This document shows, piece by piece, positions 41,521 through 53,877 of a stretch of DNA of 64,000 bases. The position numbers and the translations under genes were made by a program. The stretch lies in the NCBI GenBank assembly GCA_951406725.2, contig OX597820.1, forward strand, positions 65,844,001 to 65,908,000. The letters run 5' to 3'. The DNA comes from Octopus vulgaris. Taxonomy: Eukaryota. The notes beneath the pieces are model-generated. The model made no database searches. It saw only the letters and a list, made by a program, of their open reading frames with translations, and was not told the origin of the DNA. Each line of letters starts with the position of its first letter. Positions within the stretch are counted from its first letter, which is position 1.

Positions 41521-42103
41521 CATAAATGAGGGCAAAGGAAAAAAATTCTAATGCCAAATATGCCGAAAAATTGGACATATTGTCCATTAACCATATAATT
41601 TTTTCACAATACGCACGCTACTCGAAAAAAGGCTGACAGAAATTTCTAAAAATTCCATTATTACCATATCGGACCGATTTCAGAGTTAGCTACTAAGAGC
41701 CCTCTCTTCGTCAGTGATACATGTGGCAAAAGAAATAAATGAGATACTTACCCGCACCCATGGAAGAAGCAAACACTAAGTCATGGGCACAACTAAGTAC
41801 CCCAAATACATCCAAAATAGAAATACTCCAGCCCATTCGAAGGCACGTGCGATTTGAACTGAGGCTCTCACAGAGTGAGTGAGTTAGTTCGGAAGTGAAC
41901 GCTTAAATTTATATCAAATGTGAGGATAAAATTCTTTTCGAAAAAAAAATATATATTTTCTCAAAAAAATTTTTATCAATGGCCAGCAAATTAAAAAATA
42001 CCTTTAACGGTTAAATTTATAAACAATTCATAAATGAGGGCAAAGGGAATGGTAATAACGATATGGTAATAATAGAATTTTTTAGAAATTTCTGTCAGCC
42101 TTT
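41517..42103 (-). mobile_element. Hammerhead-containing, terminally redundant 508-nt unit (retrozyme / Penelope solo pLTR) with inverted 5' piece
   Basis: 22-bp direct repeat AATTCATAAATGAGGGCAAAGG at 41517-41538 and 42025-42046, internal hammerhead, and an inverted copy of about 41628-41671 at 42059-42103. Confidence 0.7.
41664..41720 (-). ncRNA. Type I hammerhead ribozyme motif (slightly degenerate)
   Basis: Minus strand: GTATCA-CTGACGA-AGAG..CTCT-GAAA-TCG-GTC^CGATATGG. Stem I TATC/GATA with an A.C closing mismatch, stem II AGAG/CTCT, short stem III with a U.G wobble. Confidence 0.75.
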
Positions 42104-42354
42104 CGGCAAAAGAGACCGATATAATAAGTAATAAGTTTACAAAGAATAAGTCATGTTCGACTAAAAGGTGATCATTCTCGCTCTCTCACTCTCTCTATCT
42201 GTCTCTCTCTCTTTCTCTCGCTCTCTCTATCTCTATCTATTTATCTGCCTATCTATCGATCTATCTCTATAACTGTCTATTTGTCTGTCTGTCTGTCTGT
42301 CTCTTAACGGTTCTACTTTAGTATGACAGCAGAAGAACCCTTTTGGTTGCAACA

Positions 42355-42410
<56 letters not shown>

Positions 42411-42689
42411 CAAACACGCGCGCGCGCACGCAAAACACCCCTACCCCAGCAAAGATACAACCAGAAGCACACAAACACATGCAAACATACACAAACACAA
42501 TCAACGTATATACGGATAAATAGACATGCGCGAGTGTGTGATTATTTATGTGTACGTCTTAGAGTGTGATTGTGTGTGTGTGTGTGGGGGGGGTTATGTG
42601 TATGTGTATATCTTTATGAGTGTGCAAGTGTCTATGTCTACGCATCTTTATGTATGTACTCATGTAGCCATGTATGTACATGTCTGTAT

Positions 42690-42726
<37 letters not shown>

Positions 42727-43028
42727 CATATATATATACACATTAATATATATATACATATATACATACATTAATATATATATATACATATATGCTTGTG
42801 TGTATCTGTGAGGGTGTGTGTGTGTATGTGTGTGTGTATGAGTGTGCCTGGACGTGCCATGGTATTAAAATGTATTGAAAATACCAAAGCAGCGCGGGCA
42901 AATCGATGCGCCAAGATGGCGCTGTGTGCATAGATGATTGGAGTTAAGAGTAAGAGGGAGTGGGAGGAAGTAGTAATGAATAGGAGGGAGTATGTGGGCG
43001 CAGAAGGAAAAAAAAGGCGAAGACTTAC

Positions 43029-43142
43029 GTTGGATGGCGTTCTGCCCCTCTGCCTCTGTACTGGGATTTCTCACAGCTTTTCCATTACTAATGGATCTGT
43101 GGGATTGAAAAGTTCGTTCTGGGACTGTGAGATAAGAACTTT
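43029..43142 (-). CDS. Candidate internal coding exon (114 nt, phase 1-1) of an unidentified gene
   Basis: Acceptor ttttttttgttatatccttttcgaacgacaaatatcag|, consensus donor CAAC|gtaagt, length a multiple of 3, open frame SSYLTVPERTFQSHRSISNGKAVRNPSTEAEGQNAIQ. No homologue recognised. Confidence 0.55.
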
Positions 43143-43497
43143 CTGATATTTGTCGTTCGAAAAGGATATAACAAAAAAAAAAGCGAAACAAATCAAAAAG
43201 AGAATCATTTTCTAAAACGAAATTAACGAAAATATACGTATAAAATAATAGAAAACAAGGAGCTAGCAACCATAGCGATTCTTCACATGGTTCATTCCTC
43301 TTCATTCTCTCTTACAACGTGTTTCTCCTCTCGTTGATATACTGGACGTGATGTAGCGCTTGGATATGCACAAACACCACACATACAAACACACAGAAAC
43401 GCACACACACTAACACATGTACTTATGTATATACACACACATACATCATATGTATATATACATACATTTACATATGCATGTGTTTATGCGCATGTAT

Positions 43498-43528
<31 letters not shown>

Positions 43529-43581
43529 GTATATATGAATGTATGTATTTATACGCATATATACATATATGTATATATATG

Positions 43582-43630
<49 letters not shown>

Positions 43631-44359
43631 ACACACACACACTAAATACTTATAATTCTAATTAGCAATGCATGACTCATTGCACATGCGTTCCACACCG
43701 CTGTGAAATGCAGTTATGCAAAAAAAGTGATATACATACATATGTATATATATATATACACGTTAGTGAGTATCTATATGCGTGAATTCGTCGGTTTGGA
43801 TCATAAGATACAGTAAGAGAGATAATAGTTGTATAATCCAGAATACGTAACATGTATGGATACCGACATAATGCAATCGGGCAAATGGACATATATACTT
43901 GTATGTGCAAGTGCACGAGAAGGCTTAGACGTCTTTCTACGTTTCTGTGTATGTGTGTGTGTGTGTGTCTGTGTCTGTGCGTGTGTTTCATATCCTCCTC
44001 TGCAAACATGTATAATTGCATAATTCGTGTACAAACATTTGTGCATTCAAGATCGATTGGACAAACGATTGGAAAACCTGTTAACGAACATTATGATCGG
44101 TGGTTCTAATCTTTAACCGTGGAATATATTTCTATAGCCAATGTTATATTTCTCATATTCCTTGGAAAGATACCTTAACAGAGCTTTCAGTCACGTATCT
44201 AACCATTTCCAATACACTGAGATTACAGTTTCATTAAACTCGCTCTTAATTTTGAATCCATAAATTGATTCTCACTTATTGACTGAACCTGTTGGTTCCA
44301 TATTGGTAGGGAATGACATTGCTAGTTTGGCTCATATTTTTATGATACTGCTCCGTCCC

Positions 44360-44645
44360 CAGCGCTGGTTTAACCATTGAGCATAATAAGAACGTGCTTA
44401 GCGCATCAAGGAAAGCGGGAAAGCAAAGAAATGATATATGGTTTACAGCACAAAAGACATCACTTTAAACTTGCTAAAAATATTTGTGATTCCTTGTCTT
44501 TACTAAGTATAGAAGCAGACGTGTTACATGCGATTAACTTTGAAGATCCGATCAGAGACTTCGCAATAATAAAATTAGGAGCAAACATTTCAAATATAAA
44601 TAAAATGGAGGTATATAAAAATAAATATTATTTTGTTTCATTTTG
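44360..44645 (+). mobile_element. hAT transposon remnant (left end + transposase C-terminal fragment)
   Basis: Starts CAGCGCTGGTTTAACCATT. Encodes DSLSLLSIEADVLHAINFEDPIRDFA, resembling the hAT dimerisation-domain end (L.LLSIE.D....I.F.D.I.DFA). Confidence 0.65.
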
Positions 44646-44692
44646 AAAAATAGAAATTTATTTTATGCTTTATTATTGTTTGTATTTTTAAG

Positions 44693-44772
<80 letters not shown>

Positions 44773-44848
44773 GCGTGTATGTATGTGTGTGTGTGTGTGT
44801 AACTTAAAACAGAAACAATAATAAAGCATAAAATAAATTTCTACTTTT

Positions 44849-44888
<40 letters not shown>

Positions 44889-44929
44889 CTAATGTATGTA
44901 TAGAAATAAATGTATACATATACAGCTAT

Positions 44930-44960
<31 letters not shown>

Positions 44961-45450
44961 TTGGTGCAGGTGTGGCCGTGTGGTATCAAACTTCGTTCCA
45001 AAACACATGGTCCTGGGTTTAAATTTAAATTTAAAATAAGGGTGAGAAAGTGAATATTAATTTGATTAATATGAATTGAAAGCCAGTGGTGTAGCATATA
45101 AGACCATAGCGGATCTTCTTCTAGCAAAATGGATGTCCATTGTCAATGGTTCCCCCCTCTTATAAGACAGTTTGACTTTAATAGTTTCAGTATTAATATG
45201 AAAGTATCTGACGTTACAATAGAGAGATGTTTTGTTTCACTTTTAACACGTAGTACTGAAACGCTCTGGGCGGCATAGAGGCGACTGCACACAGCTACCG
45301 GCCCACAGTCGACGCTACGGCGACCAGAGATCGCTCTGGGCGGCATAGAGGCGACTGTACACAGGTTTTGGGATAGAATCGTTCTAGTGAACCTTTCAAG
45401 GCAACGTCCCATGGTCGTAATCTAATGACAGAAATAAAAAATGTGTATAT

Positions 45451-45845
45451 GTGCAGGAGTGGCTGTGTGGTAAGTACCTTGCCTACCAACCACATAGTTC
45501 CGGGTTCGTTCCCACTGTTTGCCACCTTCTACTATAGCCTCAAGTCGACCAAAGCCTTGTGAATGGATTTGGTAGCCGGAAACTGAAAGAAGCCTGTCGT
45601 ATATATATGTGTGTGTGTGTGTGTGTGAGTATATGTTTGTGTGTCTGTGTCCCCCCCACCCAACATCGCTTGACAACCGATGGTGGTGTGTTTACGCCCC
45701 CGTAACTTAGCGGTTCGGCAAAAAAAACGATAGAATAAGTACTAGCCTTACAAAGAATAAGTCCTGAGGTCGATTTGCTCGACTAAATGCGGTGCTCCAG
45801 CATGGCCGCAGTCAAATGATTGAAACAAGTAAAAGAGATTAAAAG
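45451..45845 (+). mobile_element. SINE family A, full length (small internal deletion)
   Basis: Family A head, body and tail. The Tc1 element sits just downstream of the tail. Confidence 0.85.
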
Positions 45846-45868
45846 ACACACACACACACACACATATA

Positions 45869-47473
45869 CAGTTGCGGCCAAAATGTTCAGAACGGCATTG
45901 TTTTCGTCAGAAAAGTAGATATAATTTTTTATCAAAGTTGTTTTATATTCTATAATTTTCACAGACAATAAATACGATATTATTTGTTATTGTCTGAGAT
46001 TTTGGTGTAATTTGAGAGGATAATACAGAAGTAATGGATGATTTAGTGATTTACTGCAAAACCCATGACGGCCAAAATGATCAGAACGGTTGCTTTTACT
46101 CCGTGTTTTAGTATATTTAACCGGCGAACTCTAATGTTTTGAATTTGTTTACGTGACGGTTCGTTTACTAAACATTATTAAGAATATTTGCAGTGTACTT
46201 TGTTAATATAATGCCACTTACTCCGTTACCAATTCGTCAGCAGATTATTAAGCTTCGAAGGAAGGATAATTTAAGTATTGGATCTATTGCAAAAAAGTGT
46301 TGTACACAGTATTCTTAAGGTCTACGATGATTGTGGTTCGTGTGAAGCAAGAAAGTTTACAGGTAGGACAAGAAAAACGACCAAGAGAGAAGATCGTGCA
46401 ATGGTAAAGTTGGTTAAAAAGGACAGATTTAAAACTGCTGCTGCTGTTTCTCGGAAAATGAGCATTGTATTGAAGAAAACTTTATCTCGAAAAACTGTGT
46501 ATCGTCGTTTAGTTGAACATGACCTACAAGCAAGAGCACCTGTAGTGAAGCTACTGATCAGCTCCATGAATAAAAAGTGTCGTCTTACCTTTGCAACCGA
46601 ACATGTGTTGTGGTCTCAAGAAAAATGGCAAACGGAGCATTTCAGTGATGAATCTAAGTCTATGTTATTTGGCTCAGATGGGAAAGGGTACGTTCGTAGA
46701 AAAGTAGGTGAAAAATTGTCGCCTAAATGCCTTAAGACTAGTGTTAAATTCGGTGAAGGAAGTGTCATGGTTTGGGGGATGATATCTGGAGATGGTGTGG
46801 GCCCTTTGGTGCGATTACATGGAAAGGTAAATGCAGGAGTTTATAAACAACTTGTAAAAGATCATGTCTTGCCTGTGCTGAGAAATTCAACTAAGCGACC
46901 ACCCATATTCATGCAGGACAATGCCCCATGTCACAAGGCTAAAGTGGTCATGAACTTCCTCAAGGCTGAAAAGGTTATTGTTATGGATTGGCCTGCTCAA
47001 AGCCCAGATCTCAATCCTATTGAAAATGTATGGAATATTCTAGGAGAACGTTCGAAAGCCAGAAATCCTAAAACAACTGAGCAATTATGGAATGCCATTC
47101 AGGAAGAATGGAATAAGATCACCCAGCAAGAAATTGAAAATTTAATTTCCTCATGCAGTCGAAGATGTCAGAGTGTGATTGAAGCTAAAGGGCTTCACAC
47201 TAAATATTAAATAATTCCAGTATTCTCTGTCATTTTTGATTATTTTGTTATTTTTAAACCGTTCTAATCATTTTGGCCGCCATTGGTTTTGCAGTAAATC
47301 ACTAAATCATCCATAACTTTATCTTCTCAAATTACACCAAAATCTCAGACAATAACAATTAATATTGTATTTATTGTTTGTAAAAATTATAGAATATAAA
47401 ACAACTTAGATAAAAACTTATACTTACTTTTCTGACGAGAACAATGCCGTTCTGAACATTTTGGCCGCAACTG
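45869..47473 (+). mobile_element. Full-length Tc1-family DNA transposon, IR/DR type (1605 bp)
   Basis: TA on both sides, inverted repeats of about 220 bp starting CAGTTGCGGCCAAAATGTTCAGAACGG, each with two 21-bp direct repeats (45875/46069 and 47259/47447), and a transposase inside. Confidence 0.97.
46211..47210 (+). pseudogene. Tc1 DD34E transposase with one N-terminal frameshift
   Basis: ATG at 46211 gives MPLTPLPIRQQIIKLRRKDNLSIGSIAK, then the frame shifts near 46290 to KSVVHSILK...GRTRKTT...FSDES...VMVWG...QDNAPCH...WPAQSPDLNPIENVW. 34 residues lie between the second D and the E. Confidence 0.93.
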
Positions 47474-47602
47474 TATATATATATATGTACATACATATAT
47501 ACAGACCTACATACATGCATAAATACATATATGCATACATGCATACATACATGCACACATACATACATAATACATACATACATACATACATACATACATA
47601 CA

Positions 47603-47634
<32 letters not shown>

Positions 47635-47660
47635 AGCACACATATATTTATATATATATA

Positions 47661-48527
47661 CATGGTGGGTGGAAAGTAACTAGGCAGTAGAAATTGCTTA
47701 TAGAATTTTTAGTATCACTGAAATCACGACGAAAACAATTTTTAAACAGTCAACTCAAATGGAGATTTCTTATTGTCTTATTGTCTTTATTTCTTATTTT
47801 CCACATGGCCGATCGCTTGACTGTTCAGGAGAGAGCTAAGATAGAAGCATGCTATGAAGTGTGAAATTCCAGGTGATGTGTATGGAAAGGTAAGTATGCA
47901 ACGCCATGTCCGGAGACAATTAAAAGTTGTCATGCAAAGCTGATATCCACGGGCTCTGTGAACGATGCAAGAAGTCGCCGTTCAGCCACATCCCGATCAG
48001 CGGAGAACATAGCAACAGTGAAGGAAATGTTAAATCACGACCCGCCATAATCAACACGTCAAGCGGCTTGTGAAAGTGGATTGGTAAGATACACAATACG
48101 CACGGTGTTGCATAAGGAATTGAATTTTCGTCCGTGCAAACCCATTACGTACAGGAAATAAAAACCTGAAGACTGTGACCGCAGAAGTCCAGAAGTCTGG
48201 AACTCCAAGAAGTCCAGATATCGCTCCTTGTGATTTTTTACCCGTGGAGTTACCCAAAAGATGTGTACCAGATAAAACCTGGAAAACCTGGAGACACAGA
48301 TTCAGGAGGTTCTCAATGATATCCTAGACGACATCCTTCAAAAGGTTGTTCATTCCATCCCTGGCCATTTGAGGAAAATGGTTGATGCCACTGGTGCTTA
48401 CGTTGAAATGTGATTTGCTTTCATTTTCCCATGTAATAAAGATGCATCATTTGTTTCAATAATTTTGTAAAAGAATTATGGATTTTATTACCAATTTTTA
48501 ATGCCTACTTACTTTTCACCGACCCTG
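47661..48527 (+). mobile_element. Internally deleted mariner-like element (rosa/DD41D- or DD37D-like), degraded
   Basis: TA-flanked imperfect TIRs CATGGTGGGTGGAAAGTAACTAGGCA / TGCCTACTTACTTTTCACCGACCCTG. Remnants MADRLTVQERAKI..., TGSVND, STRQAA, and PRSPDIAPCDFF. The catalytic middle is missing, so the subfamily cannot be counted. Confidence 0.8.
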
Positions 48528-48797
48528 TACATACCATTACTATTATGTCTGACTGTCTTATGTCCAATTTTGGCCAAATTAGTATTTTTCAATATTTATT
48601 TTAGCTAGATTTAGCCGGTTCTTTTGGTCAAACAATCGTATCTCCAGCTGCTTCAGATGCCAAGATATCAAAAATTGTCAGAGTGTAGTACAACGGTTTT
48701 GCTATGGAATGGTGAAACTATTTTTTCGATTCCTAAAAAAGCAACGTATTGGACCTACAACAACTTTGCATAATAACAACGATATATATATATATAC

Positions 48798-48828
<31 letters not shown>

Positions 48829-48838
48829 TGTATGTATG

Positions 48839-48918
<80 letters not shown>

Positions 48919-49109
48919 TGTATGTATGTATGTATGTATGCATGCATGTATATATGTATGTATGTATATATATGTATACATACACACATAGATGCATGCA
49001 TACTTACTTGTTACTTGTGTTTACCTATATGTTTATAAGCAAATATTTATATGTACATACATATATACATACAAGCAAACAAAATATCTACTCAAACGCA
49101 CGTGTGTCC

Positions 49110-49170
<61 letters not shown>

Positions 49171-49536
49171 TGTCTGTCTGTGTGTGTGTGTGTGTATGTG
49201 TGTGTGTGTGTGTGTGTGTGCGTGTGTGTGTGTGTGCAAGCTACTCTACAGGTGGAAGGCCAGTCAGGTTTTCATGAAACGGAAGTAACTTTAATAGTAA
49301 ACGGAAAGTAATTCTAACGTGTCAATCAACGTCCACTGACTGTTCTCGGGCCGACAGCTTGGAACATAAGATTTCCCAAGACGCTCGAAACATTAGTAAC
49401 CACTTAGTCAACACATAGAAGTCTTCAGTAACATGAAGTCCACAGAGAAACGGTAAACTCGACGAAACAGGAAGTTAATACATGTTTTTATGACCCTAGG
49501 AAATATTATACACGATGTGTTCAGCTGCATCACAGG

Positions 49537-49758
49537 ATGGAGAATCGTTAGCATGCCGGGCGAAATGCGTAGCCGTATTTCGTCTGCCGTTACGTTCTGA
49601 GTTCAAATTCCGTCGAGGTCGACTTTGCCTTTCATCCTTTCGGGGTCGATAAATTAAGTACCAGTTACGCACTGGGGTCGATGTATTCGACTTAATCCGT
49701 TTGTCTGTCCTTGTTTGTCCTCTCTGTGTTTAGCCTCTTCTGGGTAGTAAAGAAATAA
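49537..49758 (+). mobile_element. SINE family C monomer
   Basis: Plus-strand copy of the 36830-37818 unit. Confidence 0.85.
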
Positions 49759-50317
49759 GATGGAATATGGAGAAAAAAAACCCAACTACATAGCAATGTT
49801 CCTTATAGTATCAGTGATGCAACATGGCCTAATGGTTAAGGTGTTGCACTTACGACCGGAAGATCGCGGTTTCGATTCTTGCACCGGTGGTGCGTTGTAT
49901 TCTTGAGCAAAATGATTCATTATTCATTGCTCCAGTTCACTCAGGGGCAGATTAGAAACTCTGTAAGGAATGGCAGCAACTGGTTCAATGTTAATATTGT
50001 GATCTCGATTACTTGTACGCCATAGGAAACGGTTAAGTGGCCCGATGAGTTCTAGGTCTCGAGATAGTAATGTCTAGAGGTTACTTTTACCTTTATAGTG
50101 TCCAGTATGTCGTAAGGAACCACAATCTAATAACCTGATAACGTTCATGTAGCGAAGAGTGATCGCTAATACACTGTAACAATAAAAAACAACTACGAAA
50201 TTGTAGAGCATTCCTTGTAGAGTAAGAGACTTTTGGGCGCAGCCTTTTGGAAGCCGCTTATTCGGGGCGTTGACTTGTACAACATCAGACCTTTTAATGC
50301 TTCTCTTGTTTTCCCAT

Positions 50318-50490
50318 TTCTTCTTCTTCTTCTTCTTCTTCTTCTTCTTCTTCTTCTTCTTCTTCTTCTTCTTCTTCTTCTTCTTCTTCTTCTTCTTCTT
50401 CTTCTTCTTCTTCTTCTTCTTCTTCTTCTTCTTCTTCTTCTTCTTCTTCTTCTTCTTCTTCTTCTTCTTCTTCTTCGTCTTCTTCTTCTC
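50318..50490. repeat. (CTT)n/(GAA)n microsatellite, over 50 units
   Basis: Nearly pure CTT run. Confidence 0.97.
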
Positions 50491-52533
50491 TCCTTCTTCC
50501 CCCCTCTCTCTCCCCCTCCCTCTCTGCATGGGTGTGTGGTTGTTTAAATGAGTATATTTCTCTTTATTCATGTGAAGAGTGGAAATGAAGAGTGTTTATG
50601 TGAATCGCATTCAATTAATAAACTGCAATATCTCTCTCCCGTCTCTCTCACGCTCTCTCACACTCTTTGGTATCTGTATGTGTGCACCTCTTTACGCGTG
50701 TGCTCATGTGTGTGTGTGTGTGTGTATTCATGCGCATGTGCGCACTCGCGTTTACCTCCGCTGCCAAAAAGTAAAGTCGCCGCAACAATAAGCCGTGCGA
50801 AACTATCGGCATCCAAACAGCGGCACCTATTTGCCCTTTTCCGTTCTTAACAGCGTCTATGCATATCTACGATGGCTGAAACGCATGGAGTCGGGACGTA
50901 TGAATCCTAAGGGCTTCTTGCTATTGTGTGCCTATCGAGGGTTCACCTTCACAATCGGAAATACTGTGCCGCCAAAGATATAATTACAAAACCTCTCGGA
51001 AATAGATGTGGTCTCAACAGTTGTATATGGTGTTTACGTCATACGAATCTAGAAACTTCGAGAGACGTGAAATAATTCGTTCCTAACGGTGGAATTCAAA
51101 GTAGACGAAACTATAAATAATAGCGTGATTTACAAAATCCTTTAGAGAGAGAAAAAGTCAAAGGCTTTCCAGGGGACTCGAACCCTAATCTTCTGCAAAT
51201 ATGATAGTTATGCTACTATTAGAAAATGCATAAGTCAAGGGTTTTGCTTCTGATTCGGTCAAAATGATTCCTCTCTACAAGGTGTGTTTCGTTCTGTGAA
51301 CAGTACTTCTTTTGATCTGTTTATATGTTTCAGTTATTAAGAATACGGGCATGCTGGTTCTCTGTCTTCAATGGATTTTGACGGAAACAATTCTGCTAGC
51401 TCGCAGTGTTTCCCGCAATAATTTGTAATTTAGACATAAGGCCAGAAATTTTAAATGCAGAGGGTTAGTCGACACAACGACGCCTCAGTGACTGGTTCTG
51501 AGATTTATCGAACGTGTAGAGATGAAAGACAAGACTGACCTCAGCGCATTTTGATATCAGAATGTAAGGCGACAGAAGAAATACGTTATGATATCTAGTC
51601 CGGCGCTCAATAATTTATCGTATTGGCCACAAAAGGCCTCAACATTAAGGACTACACAAGAATGAAAAACAAACAGAGAAAATCTAGGGTTTTACATTAT
51701 ATATTGTAAAAAATGTCAAGAAAAAATAAAATGTAACAATAAAAATGTTCAACAAATAATAAAACAGAACACTGCAATATAATATTAAAAGGCAGTACAA
51801 ATACATACGTTTGATAAATCTTAGCGAATTCAGTTTGATTGACTATGAAACTTAATTCCACAATTCTGTTATTCCAGGCAAACAAGAATATATACATGAG
51901 AGTGGGCTAGGTACGGGCATGTGGGGTGTCTGCGGGATTATGTTCGTTTTGATTAGGAACTGGTGAAAGAGGGAGAGGATAGGGAGGAAATGGCTCGGAA
52001 TTTAAGTCTTTGAGGAATTCAGAATTTACTGAAGGGGATTTACGGATGTAACAGGAACCTAAAGTAATTTACCAATTAATGTAGTTTCTTGTTGTACTTA
52101 GTAAAGAGTTTACTTTTCAAATTGCATATGTGTATGGTTGAGTGTATCTGTGTCTGTATGGAGTTATGTCTATGTTTGTGTATGTGTAGGTGCGTCTGTC
52201 GATGTCTGTATGTTAATGTTAATGTTTGTGAGTGTGTGTGTGTGTGTGTGTTTACCATTTTACATATCAATAGAAATACAAGAACGTTTGTACTGGTAAG
52301 TACGTAAACATGTATATTATTAAATATGTACATATACTTGTGTATGCATGTATATATATATACACTTGTGTGTTCGTGCGCGCATGTGTGTAAGTGTGTA
52401 AGTGTGTTTGTTTACGTGTGTGTGGATGTGTGTGCGTATATGTGGGAAAGCTCATATACGCATGTGAATGTATGTGGTTTTGTATATGCAGATATATTTC
52501 ATTTCTGCCTTGTGAGTATTTCTGCAAGGGAAC

Positions 52534-52584
<51 letters not shown>

Positions 52585-52889
52585 CATGCCTATATATATA
52601 TATATATACATATGGCAGTTTCGTAGATTGTATTTAACTGCATATACATTCACTCATACATATATACATATATATACATACATACATATATATGTGTGTG
52701 TATGTATGTATGTATGTATGCATATGTGTGAGTGTATGCGTGTATTGCACACATACCAAGGACTCACACGGAGAGCCACACACATTAATGAGTGGGTAGA
52801 CGTATGCCTACATCTACCTCTATATCTGTATGTAAGTCACTGAAATGTGGGAGCTGTGTGTTATTGCAGATATGCACATGTGTTTACCA

Positions 52890-52920
<31 letters not shown>

Positions 52921-53465
52921 CGTATAAATCCATATATATATATACATTTACATTATTATATTATACTATATATCATACATAAATTGATAAAAGAGAAGGA
53001 GAGTAAGGGAGCAACAGAGAAAGGGGAGAGAAATGTTGCCAATTCATACATATGTCCATATGAACATGGATAAATAAATTAATCTGCATAAATTCATATA
53101 CAGATAACTACGTCTACGTGTACAAGTAAGTACCGTCCATATGCATACATACATATCTCAATCTCTCTCTATCTCTCTGTCTCTTTCTCTCTCTTTAGTT
53201 ATGTATATATATAAACACAAGCGCATATATGCGTAGAGAGGAAGGAGGAGAAGGAGGGAAAGTGTGTGTGTATAAAGATAAGTATTCAATCTCATTAGTC
53301 CCTGAAGCCTAAACTATATACAATATTTACATCGGTTTTAATTTTATTTTAATTCCCTAATGCTATACAAGTCACAAATTCAAAACAATTTGACATATAC
53401 ATATGCGCAGAAATATACCTCTACACTACACACAAAAGCACATGTACGCTCATATATATATATAG

Positions 53466-53526
<61 letters not shown>

Positions 53527-53591
53527 CATACATACATACATACATACATACATTACATATTTACATACACTATACATACAAACACACACAC

Positions 53592-53661
<70 letters not shown>

Positions 53662-53839
53662 ATATATATATACATATATATATATGCATACGTATATACA
53701 TTATACATATATACATGTAAACAAATATAGAGATGTAAGTTTATACATGTATGCACATATGCTGCACATAGAGAATATATACTTATACATTCTCATATAA
53801 TTGTTTCTGAAATACATTATATATATATATAAACATATA

Positions 53840-53877
<38 letters not shown>

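Noticed and set aside
45262-45364. CRISPR-like repeat-spacer-repeat geometry (33/37/33)
   Set aside because: Only two repeats, no cas genes, no CRISPR-type repeat terminus and a eukaryotic context.
50795-50983. CpG-rich unique segment with a plus-strand acceptor and a 62-aa ORF
   Set aside because: No recognisable homology or partner exons. It may be regulatory but cannot be supported from sequence alone.
51160-51200. tRNA-like T-arm (GGTTCGAGTCCC) on the minus strand
   Set aside because: No D-arm or A box and no matching acceptor stem. All other tRNA-like heads in the window belong to SINEs, so no true tRNA gene is called.
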